Below, piece by piece: positions 53,401 through 64,000 of a stretch of DNA of 64,000 nucleotides. The notes beneath the pieces are model-generated. The model was not told the origin of the DNA and made no database searches. It saw only the letters and a list, made by a program, of their open reading frames with translations. Source of the DNA: Vicugna vicugna (Eukaryota); contig MU058824.1 of assembly GCA_013265495.1 (NCBI GenBank), positions 310,001 through 374,000 of the forward strand, read 5' to 3'. Position numbers and translations under genes: made by a program. Each line of letters begins with the position of its first letter. The first letter of the stretch is position 1.

Positions 53401-55509
53401 TTTATACATTGGTTCTTTTGGAGTACTTTTTGAATCATTTCAAACTGGTTAACAGAACTTTGAATGACTATAGAAAAGAGACTATGGGGTTATAGAGATG
53501 GGCTGAATGCATAATCTATAACCTAAAAATGCCTATTCACTCACTCTTGACATTACTGTCACTTCACACTTAGTCAAGGCTTTCATGAAGATATACTGTA
53601 TAAATGATGCTTACAAATGCTGTCTTAGTATATTGTAAAGGCATTTAAAAAAACTACATATGCTTTTGGGGGACAACAATGCACTGAATTTAATTCGTAT
53701 ATAGAGAATGTATATATAAGGAAACAAATTTTTTTAAAACATTGTTTTTAGCATTTATCATTGTCAAGTTTGTTCCAAAGAATTTACTGAAATTTAAAAT
53801 CATTCACTTGGCCTTAAGAGGTGGTATTAAGATCTCTGTATATTAGAGAATGAGTTAACTATTTTTTCCAAATACCTTCAATATTCATCCTACAGTGAAC
53901 TATAGCATAAGTATATAGGCATATAGGAGAATAGCTTAAGTATGTAGATGTAGGGCTAGAGAAGAAGAGAGATTCTGAGCCTGAATTTGACATGCTAGCA
54001 TTGGTATCATTTAAATCCAATCCTGTCACTTGTTCTAATTTGCTAAGGAATAAAGAATTGCATATTCCTCTGACGAAAACAATTCAGCCAATGCATAATT
54101 CTTTATTCTCTGGGTTAGTTTATGTAGGAGTGAAATGAAAATTTTTGTTTTACAACGAACCACGTTTCTAAATGAGTATGGGAGAAAAATACTGTCAAAT
54201 ATCCACACTTCATTATTAACTCACCTATCCCTTTAATGTCTCAGCTATTTTCCTTTACTCATCGTTAGAAATGCTTATCACTTGTTAGTTCTGACAATGA
54301 GATGACAATTTACACAATTTCTCCACTAAAGTTTCATTTTCAATCCCCACTTTACTAGTTTACCTTCTTGTATGACCAAAGACAAAAAGAGCCAATCTAT
54401 ATTTGTGTTGTATGTGTGTGTGTGTGTGTTGCACATCCAGGCTTGAAGATATCATTTAAAGTTATGTAGATGTATTATCCAAAGGGATATCTAATTAAAT
54501 AAAAAAGGGAGCATACGTTAGCTGAGTCGACTTTAGGATCCATTCCTTTGTATAAAGGGCTTTCACATGCCTTCCTCCTCAATTCTGAAAGCACACGGTT
54601 CCTTACTCCCTTCACCATGAATAAGGCCGACATTTGACAGCTTCACAAGGCTGACAGGGTTACCCAACAGCCCACCCTCCCTATTCTCAATCCAATTAGA
54701 CCTCTAATCCTCCAGATGAAAGGCCCAACTGCTCACGTTCCTCATGACAACGACAGCTATTGATTACTTGTCACTGCGGCTAACACCTTCCCTGTCGAGG
54801 CTGCTCTGACAGAAGCAAACCTACCAAATTAGACAGCACTTTATCTGCCCTGGAGGCCAAATGGCACAACAAGTAAAGGCTAATAAATGGTATAAAAATG
54901 AACAAATCATAACATTATGACAGGCTGATCGTTGCCAGCAGCCTCCTAGCTCAAGCTTGATGTTCTGTTAGACTTGCTCCTTCTCTTTCCCCTCTGCTCT
55001 AGCTCCAACTTTGACTGAATTAAAGGCCAGAACAATTAAGGCATTTGACCAGCAAAGATAAGCCAATTGAAGTATCACCAAGGGACATAAATGTCAATAA
55101 CTGACTGCCATTTGTCAATACAAACATTCTGGAGATGCAAATGCTCAGGCCTCTGCTCTCCACTAGGCTGCACTGACTCACTTTCCAACAAGAGTCAGCT
55201 CCAGTGGACAGTCTGTGGCTATTTAACCAGAAGGAAAAAAAAAAGAAAAAGAAAAAGAAAAAGAAATATACAGTCCCAAGAGAGGAAGTATTCTATGAAG
55301 AACAAGCAGGACTCACTGGGGTCCAGGGGGAGCGGTGGGGGTTGTATGAGAAAAAGAGAGAGAGCAAAGCAGAGCTATTCTTTCTTTAAAAAAAATATTC
55401 TACTATAGACAACTGGATGTCATCATAAGTTTTTAACTGAGAATACATGCATAATGTAGGAAATGTTTGACAACCAGGGAAAGTTAATAAAGCTGTAATT
55501 TTAGAAGAA

Positions 55510-56460
55510 TACTCATTCATTTAACGAGTATTTTTGAGCACCAGCCATCTACCAAGCACTGTTCTAGACAATGAGGAGAAAGTAGTGAATAAAACAGCCT
55601 CAAACCCCCTGACTTCATGGAGTTTACATTCCAGTGAGGTATAAGACAATAAATAAGGTAAATAAGTAAAAAGAGTATTTTAGATGGTGTTAAGTGCTAA
55701 GGGAAAAAATAAAGCAGAGTAGGTGGAATAAAATGTGTGAAGAGAGGGGGTATTAGATAGGGGAGGGGGAGGATATAGTGGTAGAGTGTGTGCTTAGTAT
55801 GCAGGAGGTCCCGGGTTCAATCCCCAGTATCTCCATTAAAATAAACAAACAAACCTAATCACCCCCCCCCAAACAGAAACAAAAAGACCCCCAAACAAAC
55901 AAAAAATAGATAGGGGAACCAGAGAAGGCTTTACTGAAACAGTGACTTTTGAGTAAAGAACTGATGAAAGGGAGCGAGCTGGACACAGAGATACTTACTG
56001 GGATAGCATTTCTAGCAGAGGGAATAGCTAATGCAAAAACCTCGAGGCAAGAACATTCTTTGCTTCTTAGAGGAACAACACTGAGGCCAGAGTGACTTAT
56101 GCAGAGAAAACAGAAGATTAAAAATGAGGTCACAGAGCTAACACACATAGGAATTACTCGGGCTTTTACTCTGAGATGGAAAACCCTTAAAGGGGTCTGG
56201 AGCAGAAGAGTGACATGGTGTGACTTAGGTTTTACAGGCTCATTCTGGCTGATGTGAGGACCACAGAGCACAGGGAGCAAGAGCAGAAGCCAGGAGGCCA
56301 GTTAGGAGGACATTTCAATAATCCAAACAGGGCTACTACATTAATCCACTCCAAGATGCTGGTGGTTACAACCAGGATGGTGGCAAGTAGGGTTGTTGAG
56401 AAGTGGTTAAGTTCTGGAAACATTTTAGAATGCAGAGTTGATAAGATTTGCTGATTGACA
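55510..56460. mobile_element. L2a-like LINE remnant
   Basis: cattcatttaacgagtatttttgagcacc..ccaagcactgttctag..gagcagaagagtgacatggtgtgactta. Confidence 0.75.
55765..55906 (+). mobile_element. Vic-1-like SINE inside an L2 element
   Basis: TSD tagatagggga at 55754-55764 and 55907-55917; small deletion in the A box. Confidence 0.9.
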
Positions 56461-56779
56461 TCAGTCTTACACAAGAGAACAGGACTTTGCATGATCATGG
56501 GTGCTCAATACGTGTTAGATGAATTGAATTCTCTACCTGGCAGTTCTATTAAAAATGCTCTGCTGTGAAGCAAGGGAGCAGCGTCAAGTCAAATTTCTTT
56601 AGGATGAATTTAAGCAAAGACTTTGGAGTCAGATAGATCTACGTTTAAATCCTGGCTCTGCCACTTAGTGAAAAATTACTCAAGCTCTTTGAGTCTCAGC
56701 TTCTTTATCTATGCATTGTGATACTCAGCCATTCTAGCTGGGTGAGAAAAAGGAGTATAGATATAAGATAAAAGAAGGT

Positions 56780-56781
56780 AA

Positions 56782-56845
<64 letters not shown>

Positions 56846-56915
56846 GAAGAAAGGAAGAAAGGAAGAAAGGAAGAAAGGAAGAAAGGAAGAAAGGAAGAAA
56901 GGAAGAAAGAAAGAA
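56780..56915. repeat. Compound (GAAA)n / (GGAAGAAA)n microsatellite
   Basis: Directly visible. Confidence 0.97.
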
Positions 56916-59304
56916 ACAACCTTAATTCTAAATTAGAATAAGAAGTGATGAAATTAAAAAGAGCATTTCCAAGCAGTGTCCACTGTAAAAGCTTAGAAAC
57001 AATTGCCAACCAAGCAACAGTGAGCACCCCTAGACTTTAGACTGTGATCTCCAAATAAATTTTCCTGTTGTAAGGAACCATAATTCCTTGGAGAAATGGC
57101 TAATTCCAGGTCTGGAGCAAAAAACATTTGGAAAATTTGGTCATAGCAGATAGTAAGGGAGCTATCAAATAAAAGGATCATGCCAAAGGATCCAGGAATC
57201 AACTTGAAGGACCTCTCACAACCAAAGATGGAATACTTTGATTATCAATTAAGGATAATAACATCACTGGATTAATATAACAAATATGTTAAAATGATAC
57301 TATAGAATCCTGTGCCTTGTTCATAATGATATTAAAAAGGAAAAATGAAAAAGATTAATTGGTCATCAAGGGGGGGACACAGGAAACCAACCCATTTTGA
57401 AAACTGGTAAATAAGGAGAATCAAAGATTTATTCTTCCTTTTCTATATGAGCTATATCATACTACGAGTAATCTAATAGTAGATAAGGGGACGGTTTTCT
57501 TTAATGAATTATTCCAGCTAACAACTATAGAAGGGATGGTAGAATTAGAGTTTCACCATTTTGCAATACCTAATAAATAACTGGCTTTAGGCACTGAACA
57601 TCAATAACTGTTAACATCACAGAAATAGAGACAACGAAACATTATGTGTCTCCTGAAGAGAAATGTGTTATAACAATGAAGTGGTTTTGCCAAAAAAGTT
57701 GAACCCGAATCAGATGAAGCCTACAGGTCCAATAATTAATTTACAGGGAATACAGAAGACAGATTAGCAACTTAACTTTATCGAGCAAGAATCAACATAA
57801 CCTAGACTAAGACAATCAGTCTAGACTGAGACATCAAGCTAGGGTAGGAGTTAACCACAGTTACAAAAAATGGAAAGAAAAAAAAAAAAAGAAAGAAAGA
57901 TGGAGGAAGAATCTATATATTAAAAAAGACTTAAAAGTCATAAACAAATCACAATATATTGCCCTTTGGGGATCCTGATTCAAACAAATAAAAATAAAAA
58001 AACACTTATGAGACAATTTATAATTTGAACATTGATGGGCTATTTTAAACCATGATACATCATAATTCTTATTAAATTTCAGTATTATAATGATTATATT
58101 TAAAAATGATTGTTTTATAAACAATTAATTACAATGATATAATTCCTGGGATTTGTTTCAACATGGGAAGGGAAGAAGTTCTCCCTAACAAAATGTTTAA
58201 AAAGATATGAGGCTTAAAAAAAACCTTTGTGTCAAATTCACTGACTCTTCCTCTCATATCTATAATCCATCAGTAAATTCAAAACATATTTAAAATTGGA
58301 CTTATTACCACCTTAACCACTTCCACCCCTGTCCAAGCCAACACCATTTCTCGGCTTCCCATTAGTTTTCTTTTTTCTGCCCTCATCCTTTTGACAGTCT
58401 ACCCTCAGCACAGCAGTTAGAATAAGCTTTTCAGCATTTAAGCTAGATCATATTTTCTGTGCTCATAGCCTTCAATAATCTTCCCCTCTCATGCAGTGGA
58501 AAAGCAGAAGTCTTAAATATTCTACTGGCCCTACCTGACTTCTGACTGCATCCTCATTCCACTAGAGCCCACAGTAGCCTTCTTGCTGAGGAATCCTGGT
58601 AAATACCAGGCATGCTCCCATCTTGGGGTCTTTGCACGCAGCATTCTTTCTCCCAGAAATATTTTTTCTCTCATAGCCTTTAGGTAGCTTAAATGTCAAA
58701 TGTTCATTTAATGTTACTCTCTTAAGTGAGGTTTAGCCCATCACTTTATTTATATTTGCAGCCCCTAGGTTCCCTATCTCTTTCACCTGCCTTATTTTTT
58801 TCCATAGCATGTATCCCCATGTGACATAATACTGTACATATTTTATAACACTTAGTCACTTATTTTGCATCAACAAAATGTAAGCCCCTTGAAGGCAGGG
58901 ATCTTGTTTTGTTTTGTTCACTGTTATATCCCAAACAAATAGGACAGTATCTTATGGCTAGTAGGTGCTTAATAAATAAATATCTGTTGACTAAATGAAT
59001 CCCTTGATTTTCAGACCAGTGCTGTTTACAACTATGCTTCTCAACTAAGCTGTAGGGTGGGTTAACATGCTAGATGGTGCCTATGTTTGTTACTGACAAA
59101 GTTAAGTGACTTGACTGTTCCCTTATTTGGAAGCATTTGAGGGGATAGGCACATTTGCTAAAAAATAGGAAAGACATCAAGGTAGGGTAAGTGTTAAGCC
59201 ACTTCTGCTGTAAGTGAAATATAGCTGTCTGTTTTATACCCTAGAGCTGGAGGGCAGTGCCATGGGGCGAAATTTTACAAAGGTGGCCTAGGGTCATTGC
59301 TTTA

Positions 59305-59395
59305 TTTTATTTTTTATAGTGGAGGTACTGGGGATTGAACCCAGGACCTCGTGCATACAAAGCATGCACTCTGCCACTGAGCTATACCCTTCCCT
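59305..59395 (-). mobile_element. Vic-1-like SINE (short-tail form)
   Basis: TSD ctagggtcattgcttta (59288-59304) / ctatggtcactgcttta (59396-59412). Confidence 0.9.
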
Positions 59396-59959
59396 CTATG
59401 GTCACTGCTTTAGATATTAATTATAGGTCCACAAAGCTCTGTAAATGTCCCAAGGACATTGTGGCTGACACTATAGAGTGCCTGCCTAACATCTACACCC
59501 ATCTTCTTACAGGCTAACAGAAACCTGATTTTTGTTGGTTCTCCTTTAAATGATTTTGTCCTTCAGAAGAGGCTGGGCCATCACCAAACCCAGACAGTGG
59601 CTTTGATTGATATAAACAATCATGGCAGTTTCATTCTCCTTGCCTAGAGTCAAAGAGACAGAAGGAAAGTCCACCACAGAGCTTCTGGGAAGGTTTTTCT
59701 TGATGTTCAAAAGGTAAACAAGGTAAGACTGTTCAATTTTTCTGATTCTAGATATTGCGGTCTGTGTGCTATCCTTCTCCCAGCTTTGGGACTTATCTTG
59801 ACCCTAATTAAGGAAAGATTTAAGTCCAGCTCATCACTAAGCTCAGAGAAAGTCAGTCTGGATGCTTTAATATTGTGATCCAGACAGCATAACTCAGTTT
59901 TCTGTCTTATTCCTATGACCTAGTTCCATCTTGTACTTCAAGGTCTAGCAAATGGATGC

Positions 59960-59996
59960 CCATCTATCCATCCATCCATCCATCCATCCATCCATT
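59960..59996. repeat. (TCCA)n microsatellite
   Basis: Directly visible. Confidence 0.9.
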
Positions 59997-62900
59997 CACT
60001 CAACAGTATTATGGTTTTAAGCACTGGGGCTCCAGTTATGTTCTTAAAAACCTGCTGAATCTCCAGATTTCTTCAAGCTTTGTCCTTTGTGAGTTCTCCC
60101 AGGGGATGGTGCCCTGTCCTGCCTCATCCAATCTTCCAATTTTGTGGCTGAGGTGCTGCTGATGGATAACCTACCTTCCCAGTCTTCACATCTCAGTATA
60201 TTTTTGTCCTCTAGTTCGCCTTTAGCTCCAGTTGCTGGGATACCACCCATAATTTCTGGCTGAACTTTCCTTCATTTTCTGTCCACCCCAGTGATGTCTT
60301 CAGTCCCAGGTACTCCATTATAAGTTCCACTTCTGATAGATCATATGTAATATTCCACGTTTTTTTTTTTCACTTCAGGTGATCATTTAAAAATAGTATA
60401 TAAAAGTACTTCTATTTTATTTACAGCTACATAGCATTCCATTGTGTGGACACACTCTTGTTTATTTGACCAGTCCTCTAACAGGACATGTCTCTTCATG
60501 CTTTTTCTACTACAGATAATGCTGCAATGAAGCAGCCTTGTGCATACCTCATTTCTTATCTTTACCAGCTTAGGTTTGGGATAGATTCCTAGGAGTGGAA
60601 ATGCTGGGTCAAGGTAAATGCATATTCCAGTTAAGTTTCTTGGATATTGTTTAGTTTCCCTCCATAGGGGTTGTACTATTTTTCATTCCCTCTAGCAACA
60701 GTTTTGCCATCGGAGCACACTGTCAAACTTTTTGACTTTTGCCAACCTGACATACGAAAAACATGTTACTGTAACTTTAACTTGCATTTCCCTTGTGATG
60801 AACGACATTGAGCGTATTTTCCCACATTTAAGGGTCACTTGCATTTCCTTTTCCGTGAACTCTCTATTCATATCTCTTGCTTTTTACAGAGTCATTAGTC
60901 CTTCTCTTCTCCATTTTGTATATTAGGGATATTAACACTTTTCAAAATGACATAACTTACAAATATTGTTTCCCAGCATGTCTGTCTTCTTTTTTTTGCT
61001 TATGATGTTTTCTGGAGGGAGAAGTCTTTCTTACTTCTATATAGCCATATTTATTAATCTTTTTCCTATTGCTTCTTTATTTTGATTTATTTGATTTGAG
61101 ATAGAATATTTTCCCTATTCCCAGATTATGTATGCACTGTAAACCTTCATGGTATATTAAACATTTTGTAATATGTATAGAATATTACCATTTAGTTAAA
61201 TAACAATTTAAAACATGCACCTGGAGCATATGTACGCACACTCACAAACACAGATTTTATTAGCTTACAATCAGGACAACACTGAAATGACCAAACAGTT
61301 ACATATATGGTTAGAATTTTATAGCCATTACTTCATAGTATAGTCTGATATTTGACACAAGATTGTAAAATGACTATAACGTAATAAAAAAAGTTAAAAA
61401 AAAGTATAGTCTGATATTTTAGCCTGAATTCCTAACAAACTGTTTTCAGAAAGTCAGTCTTATGAATGACAAAGAGATAGAAAGGATCTGAATAAAAATT
61501 TGAAAGAATACAACCCATGTCTTCTGAAACCCAAAACTGTTAGGGTTCAAGATAAACTGAGTATACTCAATAACTTTCCTTAAAATGAGTAGTTTTACTG
61601 GTGTAATGTTAACTTTTTGATGATTCAGAATCTGAAACACTTTAAACATGTAGAGAGAGGTTGAATTTAAGTACCTCAAGATATATAGTGCAATGTCTGA
61701 TATACATTAAATATGAAAAATTTATTTATTGAACAAATGAATTAATTACATGCTCATGAGAATTGGAAAGGCAAACAAGTGGACTCTGATTACACAAAAA
61801 TTTTCAAGAGGCCTGGTTTCCACTGATGACAGTTTTGACAAGTATGAGGAAAGAATAAAACAATCTTTTAAACTGGTGAAGTTAATTTTAGTAGTAGTGT
61901 TTCAATTATTAAGCGTTTCTGCAAGTAGAATCTATTTTGATATCAAAGATTAGGATGAGAATTCTGGCGATTCATGTGTGGAGAGATGACAATTATACTT
62001 GATGACAGATTCAAGAATCAAGAGGACTCTGACAGGTTGCAAGATGAACCCAATTCAATCCACCAAACATCAACTGAGTATTTGTTAAGTATTAGGCACT
62101 GGGAAAAAAAAACCAACAAACTATTGCACTCTTCTTGATGCTCATTGTCCATGAGGAAATCAAATGTATAAACAAATAAATCTCTTTCACTGTAATAGGT
62201 GATATAATAGTAGCTGAGTATGCAGGTACTGGAGGAACAAAGGAGGGAATGGTAAAGTCTACCTAAGTTAAGTCTGGGAAGTTCAAAGAAATGATTAAAT
62301 ATGAGACAACAAAATGCTATTGTTGAGTCCAAAGCTACAACAATATGAACACAGGATTAGTTTAAGCAGTAGTAAATGTAAACTAGACTTAGAGATTTTA
62401 TTTGAAAAACTTTCAGCGTGGATGCACTGTATTTGGAGCCAAAATGCCAGTGACGAAAGTCATACTATACTCTCTGTTCATCATATTGGCATTGTATTCC
62501 ATTCTAGGTGTCTTATTTTCAGGGGGATTTAGGCAACTGTGTGTGTATATGGCAAAAGGCATCAGGATGGGAAGGACACATAAAAACATATTATATGAAG
62601 AAGGAGTAAAGGAATAGATAATAGTAAAACTGGAGAGAAATTTCACTGGGCAAGAATGATTATTTTTATTAATAAGACTTGTCAGATCATGTCACTCCTT
62701 TTCTCAAAACCCTCCAAGGCCTCCTTCATCTCATTCAGAGTAAAAGCATACTACTGACAATGCCAAACGGCCAAAAGGTCCTACTGGATCTGCCCCCACT
62801 TCTTCCATGTCCTCATCACCTACAGCTCTCCCCTTACTCACTCAAGGTAACCACACCAACTCCATAATAACGCCTTGCTATTCCTCAAAGATTCCAGGCA

Positions 62901-64000
62901 TGCTTCCGTTTTAAGGCCTTTGTTCTGACTATTCCTCCAGCCTGGAATGAAAGAAAGTTCTTCCCTCAACCATTCACATGGCTAACTTCCTCACCTTCCT
63001 CAAGTCTTGCTTCAAATGTCACCATTTCCATGAAGACTATTTTGATTGCCTTATTTAAAATTACAACTTGCTTTCCCCAGTTGCCTCCTCCCTGGCTTTC
63101 TTGATCCCCTCTTACTTTGACATTTTGGTTTTATTTCTGCTATTATATTAGTAAATGATCACCTGGGCTTTGTCAAAAGAGGTATAAAGAATCCTATGAT
63201 TGATCACAGGGAAAATGTTGTGTCCAGGGGCTGACAATATTCATACTACAGGAATAATATGCCCCTGATTCCCTCTCACTCAATTCTGAACAGTAAAATA
63301 CAGGTAGGAAAAAAAACAAGGAGAGGAAATTACATGAACAAATACGACATAAGAAAGTAATTAGCAAATTATGCTCAAATTTTCTTTGGAACCAATGTTA
63401 TATACAAAATTAATTTTTAGAAGTTTAAATGAAAATAAATGGATCTGAGGTTCCTTTTTATCAGTTGTAAAAATATTCACTGGCCCTGTGCCCAGCGTTT
63501 AAAAGAAATCAGCATGAGTCTAATGAAAAACAAGCTGTAGGTCTCGGGGAAATTCAATATATACTCTTTCTCTTCCTTTTAGTTTTTGATTGGTTTCCAT
63601 GGGAATCTAGGCTTGTGGGGATCTCTAATCTATTCATGGAAAGCAGATACTTGAATTTTCATGACTTAGTAAAAGTGGGGGTCAGTGAAGAGATAAAGAT
63701 GATTAGAAAATGAACATGGTTGTAGGAAACATGATCATGTTCAAAACAAAATTCTGCAACCCACGTAGATTTAAAAATACAATCTGCAAGGCTGTTCTAC
63801 TGTGTTTGAGAGGTAGCATAACATAAACAAAAAACACTGGACTTAAAGGCATTAGCTCTGCATTCAAATTCTGAATCTGGCCCATAAGAAAGAAACCTTT
63901 AGGCGCTTCTGTGGGAGTTTGATTGCAAAACTGGATTTGGGAATTATTCTAGGACAGAAGAACTAGAAGTCTGAGCAAGTAAGCTGTAGGAGAGCAACTG

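Larger units (their letters stand above)
23500..64000 (-). other. INVS: Part (>40 kb) of the large INVS intron preceding the GNYRFMK exon
   Basis: I found no sequence encoding the preceding inversin segment (...RTALHLAAQK). The region is dominated by repeat remnants. Confidence 0.85.

Noticed and set aside
56734..57027. Hydrophobic F/L/S-rich 97-aa ORF
   Set aside because: It is a translation of the (GAAA)n microsatellite.
879..63885. The many 60-140 aa ORFs in the ORF track
   Set aside because: Apart from the four overlapping INVS exons, they fall in repeats or low-complexity DNA, or are antisense shadows of exons. None shows a recognisable intact domain.
1..64000. CRISPR array, operon, intact transposase/RT gene, nested gene or CpG-island promoter
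   Set aside because: None seen. The DNA is eukaryotic intron, all mobile-element coding remnants are interrupted, and there is no extended CpG-rich region.

Overview
Mammalian genomic DNA, AT-rich and repeat-dense. It is most likely camelid (alpaca/camel), judged from eight copies of a tRNA-derived SINE matching what I recall of the camelid Vic-1 family. The window lies inside the inversin gene (INVS/NPHP2) on the minus strand. Eight consecutive coding exons (equivalent to human exons 4-11; 174+168+181+110+172+156+230+107 = 1298 nt) have canonical AG/GT boundaries and splice into one uninterrupted ankyrin-repeat frame from GNYRFMK to MENNEER. Positions 23500-64000 belong to one very large intron. 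Almost everything else is transposon remnant (L1, L2, CR1/L3, MIR, MaLR/ERV LTRs, a decayed ERVL-type internal region, Charlie/Tigger/MER DNA transposons) or microsatellite. I found no evidence of a new multi-gene system. The notable observations are small-scale: a young solo LTR nested inside a lineage-specific SINE, repeat insertion at one target site, a polyadenylated retrocopy of an LTR R-region, tail-only insertions, a perfect hairpin abutting a splice donor, and candidate enhancer-like motif clusters. Repeat family names come from remembered consensus sequences. Repeat boundaries are approximate unless a target-site duplication (TSD) is given.
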